The notes beneath the pieces were generated by a model. That model worked only from the letters and a program-made list of their open reading frames with translations. It had not been told where the DNA came from and ran no database searches. 64,000 bases of DNA. It comes from Candidatus Eiseniibacteriota bacterium. GTDB lineage: Bacteria > Eisenbacteria > RBG-16-71-46 > CAIMUX01 > VGJL01. Numbering within the stretch: position 1 is the first letter of the stretch; each line of letters opens with the position of its first letter. Positions 39,093 through 49,069 of this stretch are shown here, piece after piece. The translations under genes and the position numbers were made by a program. The stretch covers positions 160,001 to 224,000 of the forward strand of contig CAWBWI010000003.1 in assembly GCA_963792585.1 (NCBI GenBank), in the 5' to 3' direction.

Positions 39093-40325
39093 GTGGACAC
39101 ATTTATCGCCCGACAACCGATCTTCGATAGATTGCTTGAAGTCCAGGCATACGAGCTCCTCTTCCGGAGTGGACTCGACAATGCCTTCCTCGCCTCGAAC
39201 CAAGAACAAGCCAGCTCGAAGGTCATCGCGGACAGCTTGTTGCTGCCGCGCCTCGACGCCGTTTCGGGCGGTAAGATGGCCTACGTCAATGTCACCCGTG
39301 ACGTGCTCCTTCGCTCATGGATCACGTTGCTTCCTCCGGCCAGCACGACCGTGGAGATTCTGGAGACCATCCGGCCCGATCGAGATACGATCCATGCGTG
39401 CGATCACCTCAAGAGCCTGGGTTACCGGATCGCGCTCGACGATTTCCAATACTCCCCCGAGTACGAGCCCCTGATCGACCTGGCGGACATCGTGAAGGTC
39501 GACGTGCTGATCTCGGATCTTGGAGAGTGTGCCGCACTCGCCAAGCGCCTTCGGAATCGCGGCGTGACGTTACTCGCAGAGAAGGTCGAGACCGTTGATG
39601 CGTTCAAGAAGCTGTCCGACCTCGGATACGAGCTCTTCCAGGGGTATTTCTTTGCGCGCCCTGTGATTCTACGCGGCCGCGATATCTCGACGTCTCAGGT
39701 CAGCTGCCTTCAGGTCATCCAGGAAATCCACCGACCCGATCTCGATATCTCCGAGATAGGCGCGATCATCGAGCGAGAAGTCGGGCTGACCTACAAGCTG
39801 CTCCGCTACATCAACTCGGCGTTCTTCGGGTGGCAGGGATCCGTAGATTCGGTGCGGCACGCATTGCTCCTACTGGGCCAGCACAATATCAAGCGATGGG
39901 CGACCGTCGTCGCGCTGGCGAGCATGGCTGCCGACCAACCAGATGAGCTCATCACAATGGGGCTGCTGCGCGCCCGCTTCTGCGAGCAACTGGGCGGTGT
40001 GGCCGGCCTGACGACTCGTGGGTCCGACCTGTTCTTCGTCGGTCTCTTCTCGGTCCTCGAGGCAATCCTCGGGATTCCCGTCGACGAGATCTTGAAGGGA
40101 CTCCCCATCGACGAGGAAGCCAAAGCCGCGCTCTTGGGGAAACCCTGCACGCTCCGCAGCGTCCTGGATCTCGTCATCGCCTATACACAGGGAGACTGGA
40201 CGATCGTGGAGACCCGCGCCGCCGAACTCGGCGTCTCCGAGCAGGAGCTGCCGATCCAGTATGAGTCGGCCCTCGGGTGGTGTGGAGCGAGCCACAGCAT
40301 TACGAGATCCTCGAAGGCAGCCTAG
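39093..40325 (+). CDS. EAL and HDOD domain protein (YuxH/PdeH-like c-di-GMP phosphodiesterase)
   Basis: FIARQPIFD, YELLFR, ALDDF, VKVD, AEKVE, FQGYFF, then YKLLRYINS...RARFCE...GLFS. Confidence 0.92.
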   Translation: MDTFIARQPIFDRLLEVQAYELLFRSGLDNAFLASNQEQASSKVIADSLLLPRLDAVSGGKMAYVNVTRDVLLRSWITLLPPASTTVEILETIRPDRDTIHACDHLKSLGYRIALDDFQYSPEYEPLIDLADIVKVDVLISDLGECAALAKRLRNRGVTLLAEKVETVDAFKKLSDLGYELFQGYFFARPVILRGRDISTSQVSCLQVIQEIHRPDLDISEIGAIIEREVGLTYKLLRYINSAFFGWQGSVDSVRHALLLLGQHNIKRWATVVALASMAADQPDELITMGLLRARFCEQLGGVAGLTTRGSDLFFVGLFSVLEAILGIPVDEILKGLPIDEEAKAALLGKPCTLRSVLDLVIAYTQGDWTIVETRAAELGVSEQELPIQYESALGWCGASHSITRSSKAA

Positions 40326-40615
40326 CTCCATAGACCGCCGCATTCATCAGGACCAAGCGGGCCAGGACGCCTCCCCGCTACACGCGGCATCATTGTCAAC
40401 GGGATCTCGGCTCCTCGGTCAAACCGCCCGCTCCGTCGCGAACAGGTCGGCAATTGCGGGTCATGCTCGACAACGCGGCGCAATAGAGTGAATGGGATCG
40501 ACTCCGTCGCCTCGCCCGAGGAATCCTCGCTCACGCCCCTGAATTCGAGGTATGTAAACGGGGCGGCCACGGGCGCCGCCCCCATTCACTCGCATGTCGT
40601 GGTCTGTCGTTCGAC

Positions 40616-43540
40616 CTATCGGACGACTGCAATCCTCCGGACGATCTCTCTCCCTTCCGCCTGGAACTTGAGGAAGTAGATCCCCGGAGCGGCCGACGCC
40701 CCCGACTCGAGTCTCCCGTCCCATGCCACGATGTGCTCGCCGGCTGCGGCCGCCCCTTCGAGCAGCGTCCTGACCAGACGCCCCTCGACCGAGTAGAGAC
40801 GCAGCGAGACCACCCCCGCCGCGGGTGTCGAGAATGAGATCGTGGTCCCTGCCGCCGTGGGGCTCGGACGCGCCGGGTCCAGACGGAAGACCATCGATTG
40901 CCCGGAATCCTGCACCGCCATCGGCTGGATCGTGCCCGCGATCTCGAAATCGTCGACGGCCGCCTCGAGAAGGGAATTGTTCCCCGTATCACTCGCGACG
41001 AAGCGAACGACGACCTGGTTGGTAAGCGTGATGTACGACGACAGCGTGAACGTCTTCTCGGTCCAGCTATTGGAGGACGCGGTCGTCCGCTCGAGATCCA
41101 CCCAGGCTGCCCCGCCGTCGCTCGATACCTGGACGACCCAATAGTCTTCGTTCGGGTTGTTTCCCAGGTTGTTCGTGTACCAACGCCAGTAAGCCAACCG
41201 CGGGTCGGTCACATGGGACAGGTCAAAGGTGGGGCTCGTCAGAGTCGTCTTCCCCCCATCCAGGTCCGCCTCCCCGGCGGTTCCGCCCACGGATCCCTGC
41301 CCGGTCACGAAGCAGTCCGTGCCCGGTGCGGGCGTGTGGTCGTCCTCCGTCTGCGCCGGCGAGCCGTTATACGTCGTGCCGTTCGGATCGACCCGCACCC
41401 AGCGTCCCGTCGTGGCCGTGTCATCGACATCCGAAAGGCGCCATGACCCGTCGGTTTCGCAGTCGTCATAGACGGCGGTGCCCACTTTCAGGCGGAAGGA
41501 GGCGGCCGCCTGATAACCGCTCCCCGCGGTGATCGCCAGGTTGAGGGTCAGGATCTCCCCGGCGGGCGCCGTCCCGGAAACAACGACCCGATAGGCCGGT
41601 GAGAGGTCTGCCTGGCCGCCGCTCGGGATCAGGCCAACCGTCGCCGATCCGTCGAGCACGGTGAGATCGGCCGATCCGCTCGACAGGATCCCCTGCACGT
41701 TGGTGGCGCTCTGGCCGCCGCGATTCGACAGAGTGACGGGGATCAACAGGACCTCGCCGGGATCGACGATCCCATTCCCGTTCCCCGATGTGAGATCACC
41801 GATACTGTGGAAGTAGTGGGCGAGTCGCGGAGCAACTGCAGTGAACTGCATCGATAGCGGCCGCGTGCCGCTGTCATCGTTCATCGTGAGTGTGAAGGGG
41901 ATCACCTCGCCGTCCGAGATCATCCCACTCGCCTGGATACGCAACGCCGTCACATTCACACCCTGGCCCCCGGCGGGGATGTCGTTCCAGGAAGCGTTCG
42001 GGGTCAGGATCGTGATGTTCGGGTTGCTCGTTGCAAGTTGGCCGGTGACGTGGGTTGCCGCCGCCGCGCCTACGTTCCGAACCGTGACCCACAGTTCGCA
42101 CGTCTCCCCCGGATTGACGACCCCGTCGCCGTTGCCGTTCGAACCACCGCTTGTGTCGTCATCGAGAACTGCGCTCCCGTAGACCAGATAGGGACCAGAC
42201 GGGTTGATCGGAAGCGCCGTGGTTGCCACGGCGGCGATGTTCGCGCGCGTGACGGCAGTGCAGTAGTCCTGCGGATAGCGCTCGATCCGATCGTTACACG
42301 TATGGTACCAGGGGCAGAAGTCATCTCCCCATGCCTCGTCCTCGATCGAGCAAACCGCTTTCCAGCCCCGAGCCCAGTACGAGGAATGATCGCTTCCGGT
42401 CATGCTGCCATCGTTGATGACGACCGGCGTGATCTGTCCCGGCAAGTATGTTGCGATCACGTTCGACATCGTCGCCGACAGAGGGAGCGAGGTCGTGTTC
42501 GTATAGACGATCAGGTCGGGTGGCGCAGTGTCCGTGCCGCGGTAGGCGATCATGTCGCAGTTGAAGGCCGCGATAACGTCCTCCCCCAGACCAGCGATCG
42601 TGGCGCAGTAGGCGTCCGAACCGATCAACCCTTGCTCCTCTCCGTTGAAACACGCGAACTTGATCGTGTACTGGAAGAGATAGTCCTTCATGACCCTCGC
42701 GGCCTCCAGGACAGCCGCGGTTCCGCTGCCGTTGTCATCAGCTCCCGGCGCGCATACGGACGGTGTATCGCTCGTGGCGTCCAGATGGCCACAGATGTAA
42801 ATGACCTTCGTCGGATCCACCTGGCCGGGCAGGGTCGCGATCACATTGCGGCGTTGACCACCGTTATAGGTGTAATAGTGAAACTCTGCCGACAGCCCCA
42901 TCGCAAGAAACTGATCGAGCAACCACTGCGTGGCATTGTTGTTTCCGGTCGTGTTGTAGTACCGCGTTTCGAAGTCGTCCAGAATCTGCCAGCTCGCCAC
43001 ATACTGCGCCTGTGTCAGGTCGTTGATCATGCTCTGCACGAGCGGGTCGGCGTCGCGCTGGGGTTCCGTGGGAAGAGACGTTTCATCGGGCCAGACGATC
43101 GGTTGCATCGAGATCCGCACGGGTTGGCGAAGTCCCGTGAGCGAGGCGGCCGCGGCCTCTGTCAACTGCGGAGCGCCGCCGGTCGTGGCCACCAGCGCCT
43201 CGTGCCCAGTTCCCGAGATCAGTCGAGCAGGAGGCTCGAAGGCCGCGCGGGCGGCATCCTCGAGGAGGAACATGTACAGGACCTCCGCTTCGGCCAGTTC
43301 GATTCTCATCGCTCCAAGAGCCTCGAGCCCGGACGCGGCCTGCGGGTCGATGCCGACCAGGCTGCCGGACGCCCCCATGTAGTAGAGGTCGGCGGCGCCC
43401 TCGAGGGTTTCGGGCGCGATCGCCGCCGGGACCCAGATCGAGACCCGTTCTGCGGCGGATACGACTCCTACCGACAGAACGATCGAGAAGAACAGGACCG
43501 TCCAAACGGCATGGCGGGATGCGATACGGGTAGCAAACAT
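40616..43540 (-). CDS. Secreted M28 family aminopeptidase with accessory beta-domains and FlgD-Ig/T9SS-like tail
   Basis: Signal peptide; GHLD, PGADDNGSG, GEEQGLIGS, NCDMI, SDH, YHT; C-terminal WDGRLESG...PGIYFLKF. Confidence 0.9.
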   Translation of the reverse strand: MFATRIASRHAVWTVLFFSIVLSVGVVSAAERVSIWVPAAIAPETLEGAADLYYMGASGSLVGIDPQAASGLEALGAMRIELAEAEVLYMFLLEDAARAAFEPPARLISGTGHEALVATTGGAPQLTEAAAASLTGLRQPVRISMQPIVWPDETSLPTEPQRDADPLVQSMINDLTQAQYVASWQILDDFETRYYNTTGNNNATQWLLDQFLAMGLSAEFHYYTYNGGQRRNVIATLPGQVDPTKVIYICGHLDATSDTPSVCAPGADDNGSGTAAVLEAARVMKDYLFQYTIKFACFNGEEQGLIGSDAYCATIAGLGEDVIAAFNCDMIAYRGTDTAPPDLIVYTNTTSLPLSATMSNVIATYLPGQITPVVINDGSMTGSDHSSYWARGWKAVCSIEDEAWGDDFCPWYHTCNDRIERYPQDYCTAVTRANIAAVATTALPINPSGPYLVYGSAVLDDDTSGGSNGNGDGVVNPGETCELWVTVRNVGAAAATHVTGQLATSNPNITILTPNASWNDIPAGGQGVNVTALRIQASGMISDGEVIPFTLTMNDDSGTRPLSMQFTAVAPRLAHYFHSIGDLTSGNGNGIVDPGEVLLIPVTLSNRGGQSATNVQGILSSGSADLTVLDGSATVGLIPSGGQADLSPAYRVVVSGTAPAGEILTLNLAITAGSGYQAAASFRLKVGTAVYDDCETDGSWRLSDVDDTATTGRWVRVDPNGTTYNGSPAQTEDDHTPAPGTDCFVTGQGSVGGTAGEADLDGGKTTLTSPTFDLSHVTDPRLAYWRWYTNNLGNNPNEDYWVVQVSSDGGAAWVDLERTTASSNSWTEKTFTLSSYITLTNQVVVRFVASDTGNNSLLEAAVDDFEIAGTIQPMAVQDSGQSMVFRLDPARPSPTAAGTTISFSTPAAGVVSLRLYSVEGRLVRTLLEGAAAAGEHIVAWDGRLESGASAAPGIYFLKFQAEGREIVRRIAVVR

Positions 43541-43723
43541 CTCTTCCTCCATCCTGGGGACGCCTAGGGGGTCCGGAACGGTCCGGACACGCCAAGTCCG
43601 CAGACAATTCTAGCAGTTCTGGGGTCGAAATGCCACCGGCGGATCCGGTCTGCGGATGCGCTCCGCATGCGTCGGAATCCCTGCTATGCTGATCGCCGGA
43701 GCCCGGTTGGAGGCAAACAACTT

Positions 43724-44580
43724 ATGACAATTTGGACCTACTTGGCCGCCGCCCTTCTGGCCGCGGCCGCAGGGGATGCGGGCTTGATCCTTCGCGATCT
43801 CTCCCCCCTACCGGCATGATCCCCTCCGAGGAGGTTGCCGTCTACGCGCCCGACAAACTCTGGGACTACATCGACGGCGGCGCCCAGGCTTACATCGAGT
43901 ACGGCGTCGCGGAGACGGCCACCGTCTCCTTCCAGAGACCCGGGGCCGGACTGCCCCGGATCACCGTCGACTTGCACCGGATGGCGGAACCAAAGGGGGC
44001 TTTTGGGCTCTTCTCCATGGAGCGGAGTGGGAGGGGAGAGGACGCGAAGGTCGGTCGCGGGTCCTCACTGGAACGAGGAATGTTGCTCTTTTGGAGCGGC
44101 GACTCCTATGTGCGTATCGTGAGTGATGCTTCCCCCGATACGACGATCGCCCTCGCGCGCGCCCTCGCCGGCATCCTTCCTGCGTCGGAGGAAGCTCTCC
44201 CGATGCTCGACCTCTTCCCCGCCGAAGGCAGGATCCCCAATAGGGACGGCTACGTGGCCGTCTCCTTCCAGGGAATCAAGCGCCTCGACGACGTCTGGAC
44301 GGCGTCGTATGCGGACACCGCGGGCTCATACTTGCTCTTCCTGCGCAGGAACCGGCCGCCGATCCGGGAAGGCGACCTGCCCCCGAGGGCAAAGATCCTC
44401 GCGTCCCCCACGGTGGAAACCCCGATCCAGTTGATCGACATGGGATCGAAGGACCGCGTCCTCGTCGCCTTCTACATCAAGAAGTCGTGGTACCTGGCCG
44501 GGTTCCTGGGAGCCCGCCCGAATGACGTCCGGACGACCCGAATCGCCGCCTGGGTCGACTCCCTCCCCAAGCTCCGGTGA
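43724..44580 (+). CDS. Exported protein (DUF6599-like), frameshifted near 43800
   Basis: GGAGG RBS and ATG 43724 give signal-like MTIWTYLAAALLAAAA...LRDL. One added C joins LPPTGMIPSEEVAVYAPDKLWDYIDGGA...AFGLFS. Confidence 0.65.
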
Positions 44581-45122
44581 GGGCGCGCCGTCTGAATCTC
44601 GCCGGCGGGGTACGCACCGGCGCATCGCGCGTGGGTTACCGGATCCGCACGGAGACGAAGCGACGCATCTGGCTCCTCCCGCTCCTGGGACTCATCCCGG
44701 CCTTCCTGCTGGCCATCTACTCGATGACCGAGCCGTGGGCGAGGGCACGGGTGGTCGGTTTCTGGGGCGTATCCAAGAGCCCCGACGCCATCCTGCTCCT
44801 CGCCGTCTGCCTCGCCGGGATGGTCGCAGCGAGTGTGGCCGTCGCCGCGCGGGGACGGCGGGATCGGCTGGCCGGCAACGTCCACCTCGTGACCGGTGCC
44901 TTGATGGGTGTGGTCGCCTATGCGGCCTACTCGATGGTCCGGCACGCCGGAATCAAGTTGCTCTTCATCCCGATCGCCTCCGTCCACCCGGGTCGGGGGC
45001 TCCGGCACTTCGTCTACTCCGCGGGACTCGTCCTTCTCCTTGGGGTGGTCGAGCTGATCGTCGCGGCGAAGCGGATACGCGGCTCCCGAGGTCTTGAAGG
45101 CGAGGCGACGCAGGGCGGATAA
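44577..45122 (+). CDS. Hypothetical membrane protein (about 4 TM)
   Basis: GTG overlapping the upstream TGA; four hydrophobic segments. Confidence 0.65.
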   Translation: MRARRLNLAGGVRTGASRVGYRIRTETKRRIWLLPLLGLIPAFLLAIYSMTEPWARARVVGFWGVSKSPDAILLLAVCLAGMVAASVAVAARGRRDRLAGNVHLVTGALMGVVAYAAYSMVRHAGIKLLFIPIASVHPGRGLRHFVYSAGLVLLLGVVELIVAAKRIRGSRGLEGEATQGG

Positions 45123-45154
45123 TCGCAGGGGTCGATCAACCGCAGGAGGATCGT

Positions 45155-46270
45155 ATGCCGAGGGGACCACAGGCGCCCGATTACGTCCGCAACCTCGCCG
45201 TCTACGTGCCCGGAAGGCCGATCGAGGTCGTTCGCCGGGACCTGGGCATCACCGACGAGATCGTCAAGCTCGCATCGAACGAAAACCCGCTCGGCGCCTC
45301 CCCAAAGGCACTGAACGCAATCCGCGAGGCGGTGTCCGATCTGAACCGGTATCCAGACGGCGGCGGTTTCTATCTTCGGCACGCCCTTGCCGATCGGTAC
45401 GACCTGTCGATGGAGCAAGTGATCCTGGGCAACGGTTCCACGGAAGTGATCGAGATGCTCACCCGCGCCTACCTGGCGGATGGGGACGAGGCGATCTTTT
45501 CGCAGCAGTCCTTCGTGATGTACCCGATCGCCATCGCCTCGGTCAACGGCAAGGGCATCGGCATTCCGGCCACGTCCGACCGGCGGCACGACGTCGACGC
45601 GATCGCGCGCGCGGCGAGCCCGGCGACGAAACTCATCTTCATCGCGAACCCTTCCAATCCGACCGGGACCTATATCAGTCGCAGCGAGATGGACTCCCTC
45701 CTCGCTCACGTTCCCGACACCACCCTCGTCATCGTCGATCAGGCGTATCAGGAGTATGTCGAAGCGACCGACTACCCCGACGCTCTCGATGACCTGCGCG
45801 GGGGACGCGACAACGTCGTCATTTTGAGGACATTCTCGAAGATCTACGGGTTGGCCGGCATTCGAATCGGCTACGCCTTCGGCAACGAGGACGTGATCAC
45901 CACGTTGAATCGATGCCGCTCCCCATTCAACACCGGTTCCCTCGCGCAGGCGGCAGGTCTCGCGGCACTCGAGGACGCGGAGTGGGGAAACCGCTGCCGG
46001 AGCGAGAACGCGAGGGAGCGCGCGTTTCTCGAGTCCGAGTTGAAGCGGCGCGGGATCCGCTACACGCCATCCGTCACGAACTTCGTGCTGGCCGAGTTCG
46101 ACGGCAACGTCCCCGACCTGATCGCGCAGTTCGAGAAACGCGGCGTGATCATCCGTCCCGTGGGCGGGCCCGGCCTCGCGGGCTGCGCCCGGATCAGCGT
46201 GGGGACCCGCGCGGAGAACGAGCGGTTCCTCGTCGCGCTCGACCTTTTGATGGGGCCGAAACGCGCGTAG
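45155..46270 (+). CDS. hisC: Histidinol-phosphate aminotransferase
   Basis: KLASNENPLG, NRYPD, GNGS, NPSNPTG, DQAY, RTFSKIYGLAGIRIGY (PLP lysine). Confidence 0.95.
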   Translation: MPRGPQAPDYVRNLAVYVPGRPIEVVRRDLGITDEIVKLASNENPLGASPKALNAIREAVSDLNRYPDGGGFYLRHALADRYDLSMEQVILGNGSTEVIEMLTRAYLADGDEAIFSQQSFVMYPIAIASVNGKGIGIPATSDRRHDVDAIARAASPATKLIFIANPSNPTGTYISRSEMDSLLAHVPDTTLVIVDQAYQEYVEATDYPDALDDLRGGRDNVVILRTFSKIYGLAGIRIGYAFGNEDVITTLNRCRSPFNTGSLAQAAGLAALEDAEWGNRCRSENARERAFLESELKRRGIRYTPSVTNFVLAEFDGNVPDLIAQFEKRGVIIRPVGGPGLAGCARISVGTRAENERFLVALDLLMGPKRA

Positions 46271-46283
46271 GGCAGGAGTCGCC

Positions 46284-47330
46284 GTGAGCTTCGACCGTGA
46301 GAACAAGATCCGCTTGACCGCGGGGGTCGTCTCCCTCTCGGTCGGGACGGTCCTACTCCTCTTGAAGTTCATCGCATATCGGCTGACCGGATCCTCTGCC
46401 ATCCTCTCCGATGCTCTCGAGAGCATCATCAACGTCGTCGCCGCCGCATTCGCGATCGGAAGCATCCTCTTCGCCGGTCGCCCCGCGGATCGGGGTCATC
46501 CCTACGGTCACGGAAAGATCGAGTTCTTCTCCGCGGCGTTTGAGGGAGGGCTCATATCGTTCGCGGCCGTGGCGATCATCTGGGCCTCCATCGAGGCGCT
46601 CCTCAAGGGCAGCACGGTCCACGAGATCGGCAAGGGTCTCATCATCACGGGTGGAGCGGGGGTCGTGAACGCGGTTCTCGGGCTGTTCTTGATGCGCGTG
46701 GGAAAGCGGACGAACTCCCTGATCCTGGTCGCCGACGGTCACCATGTCTTGTCGGACTTCTGGACCACCGCAGGGGTGGTGATCGGCCTGATTTTGGTCA
46801 AGTTGACCGGTGTGTGGTGGATCGACCCGCTCGTCGCGATCGTCGTGGCGCTCAATCTCGCGCGGACCGGGTTTCACCTGGTTCGCCACGCTGCGCGGGC
46901 GCTCCTCGACGAGGAGGACAGCGATCTATTGCAGCGAATCCTCGACTCCAGTGAGCGGGTCCGCGCTCCAGGGATCATCCGGATCCACCACCTTCGGGCG
47001 ATTCGCATCGGTCGCTTCGCCCATGTCGATGCGCACCTCGTTGTCCCGGAGTTCTGGACGGTTCAGGAGGCGCACGACCACCAGGATCTATTCGAGAAGC
47101 GCCTGCTGGGGATCACATCGATCGAGGGCGAGGTGCTTTTCCACACCGACCCCTGCTGGCGGCTCTATTGCGAGGTGTGTGATCTCGAGGCCTGCCCGGT
47201 TCGGCAGAGTGCTTTCATCCGCCGGCCCGCGCTGACGCTCGACGAAGCGACCCAGCCCGACCCGCCGCCCGGGGGACAGCTGGAGATCCCGAAGCTGCAG
47301 GCTGAGGTCGCGTCGAGCTCGGACCCCTAG
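46284..47330 (+). CDS. Cation diffusion facilitator (CDF) family transporter
   Basis: SDALESIIN, HPYGHGKIE, ADGHHVLSD, DPLVA; C-terminal DPCWRLYCEVCDLEACP. Confidence 0.92.
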   Translation: MSFDRENKIRLTAGVVSLSVGTVLLLLKFIAYRLTGSSAILSDALESIINVVAAAFAIGSILFAGRPADRGHPYGHGKIEFFSAAFEGGLISFAAVAIIWASIEALLKGSTVHEIGKGLIITGGAGVVNAVLGLFLMRVGKRTNSLILVADGHHVLSDFWTTAGVVIGLILVKLTGVWWIDPLVAIVVALNLARTGFHLVRHAARALLDEEDSDLLQRILDSSERVRAPGIIRIHHLRAIRIGRFAHVDAHLVVPEFWTVQEAHDHQDLFEKRLLGITSIEGEVLFHTDPCWRLYCEVCDLEACPVRQSAFIRRPALTLDEATQPDPPPGGQLEIPKLQAEVASSSDP

Positions 47331-47767
47331 ACCCTTTCCGCTCCGCGTATCGCGCAATATCGGTCGAACGCGGCGATCAGATTGCGCGCCACCTCGTGGG
47401 CGGCGTGCCCTTCGATGTCCTGACGCTGGACCATGTGAACGAGTTCGCCGTCGCAAAAGAGGGCGATCTGCGGGGACGTCGCCGGCTGCGCACCGAAGCT
47501 CTCACGAGCCCGCGCCGTCGCCTCTGTGTCAACGCCCGCGAAGACCGTCGTGACCCGATCGGGCAACCGGTCGTGGTGCAGCGCGAGCGCGAGCCCCGGA
47601 CGCGCCATCCCGGCGGCGCAACCGCAGACGGAGTTCACGAAGACCAGGGTTGTCCCCGTTCGCTCGGCGAGGATGTCTTCCACATCCTCACGTGTCCGGA
47701 GCTCTCGCACGCCGATCCGAGTCAGCTCTTCGCGCATGGGGCGGACCATATCTTCTGGGTAGGGCAC
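47327..47767 (-). CDS. BrxA/BrxB (YphP/YqiW) family bacilliredoxin
   Basis: YPEDMVRPMREEL, NSVCGCAAGMARP (CGC motif), TVFAGVD.EAT..AR, R.DIEG; AAGGAGG RBS before GTG. Confidence 0.9.
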   Translation of the reverse strand: MPYPEDMVRPMREELTRIGVRELRTREDVEDILAERTGTTLVFVNSVCGCAAGMARPGLALALHHDRLPDRVTTVFAGVDTEATARARESFGAQPATSPQIALFCDGELVHMVQRQDIEGHAAHEVARNLIAAFDRYCAIRGAERV

Positions 47768-47813
47768 GGGGCTTCCTCCTTCGTACGTTGTCATGCCGCC
47801 GGCGCGGCCGGGA

Positions 47814-47999
47814 TCATCGAACCGAACGGGTCAGGATACAGATCGGAGGGGACGTTGGGAAGTCCCGCGCCGCGACACGCGTTGCCGTGATCGGACTCGC
47901 CGAGTCCTCCGCCATACCGCGGACAGTCTCGCGGATCGCTGACACGTCGTCGTTGATCGCGTCCCGAATGACGACTCCCGTGCCTTCGGCGGGGGTCAT
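47814..47999 (-). pseudogene. Possible truncated GNAT acetyltransferase N-terminal remnant
   Basis: ATG overlaps the upstream stop; VVIRDAINDDVSAIRETVRGMAE resembles a GNAT beta1-alpha1 start, but the ORF ends after 61 aa. Confidence 0.3.
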
Positions 48000-48772
48000 G
48001 GCCCCCCGGGCGTATCGGCGAGCAGCGTCCCGGGTTTGTAGGACTTCAGCTGTAGTTTGATGTGACCCAGGATCGAGACCTTCGATGTCATCTGAACGAG
48101 GATCCGCCGGTCGTCATCCGTGAAGTAGACCTCCGCCTCGCCTCCTTCGCGGAACAGTCCACCCGTCTTGATCACGGGCCGGACGACGATCGTGTCGAAC
48201 GTCCCCGCCGGAACCTCGATACGCTCCTTCCGATCCACCCTGAGCACAACCGGATTCCCTTCGGGTTTGAAGTAGCGGTCGAATGTGTATGTGCTCCCGA
48301 CATCGAGCGGGAGAGTGCGGACGAAGTAGAGGAACGAAACCTCGTCGAGGGGCTCGTCCGTCGTCATCTCGCCGCCGCCGGGACCGTTCGAACGAACCCA
48401 TCGCCGCTCGGCCGGGTAGAACTCGAGCACGCGATGGCGCTTGTACTTGACCTCGTGCTGCTTCTGCTCGAAGCGCCGGGTGATCAGGCTCTCGGTGTCG
48501 AGCCATGAGCGGAAACGATCGTCCACTCTCGCGAAGAAGGTTCCCCCGGTGAGATCGAAATGAAGCTCATAGGTCGGGTGGCCGCGGATGGTGTCGATCC
48601 CAACGACCTCCATCGAGGCCCTCCCCGGACTTCCGAGAATGCTGACCGAAACCCGGTACTCCGCCCGTTCCCCGGGACCAAAGGGGACGGGCGCCGGAAC
48701 CCCCGCAACCGTCCTCGGTACGGTCAGCCCAAGACCCAGAAACACCAGAACCGCCGCAATTGACCGGATCAT
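47996..48772 (-). CDS. DUF3108 domain exported protein
   Basis: Signal peptide; PFGPGERAEY, LDEVSFLYFVR, KERIEVPAGTFDTIVVRP, YFTDDDRRILV. Confidence 0.8.
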   Translation of the reverse strand: MIRSIAAVLVFLGLGLTVPRTVAGVPAPVPFGPGERAEYRVSVSILGSPGRASMEVVGIDTIRGHPTYELHFDLTGGTFFARVDDRFRSWLDTESLITRRFEQKQHEVKYKRHRVLEFYPAERRWVRSNGPGGGEMTTDEPLDEVSFLYFVRTLPLDVGSTYTFDRYFKPEGNPVVLRVDRKERIEVPAGTFDTIVVRPVIKTGGLFREGGEAEVYFTDDDRRILVQMTSKVSILGHIKLQLKSYKPGTLLADTPGGP

Positions 48773-49069
48773 TCTGCGTACCTCCGAACCGACGCTCTAG
48801 GGTACACCATTCCGCCGTCCCCGTTCCCTGACGGGACGAGGAGACCGCTTGCAGGAGACCCGCCGCCGCGCGGCGACAGAGGCGAAACGGTGGGTCGAAC
48901 CGGAAAGGGTATCGGACCGGTTCACGTCGCCGGTGGGTCGAGGGCGTCGGCGGTCACGGAGGCTGGGCAGACACAGCCGTCGTCCCTGCCCCCCGCGCGG
49001 CCCATTGCGTTTGCACTTCTCGGCAGAGCGACCTTTACACATGCGCTCGAAGCATTGTCAACTGGCGGA

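Noticed and set aside
40322..40585. 87-aa minus-strand ORF between convergent genes
   Set aside because: No RBS or recognisable motif; overlaps the palindromic element.
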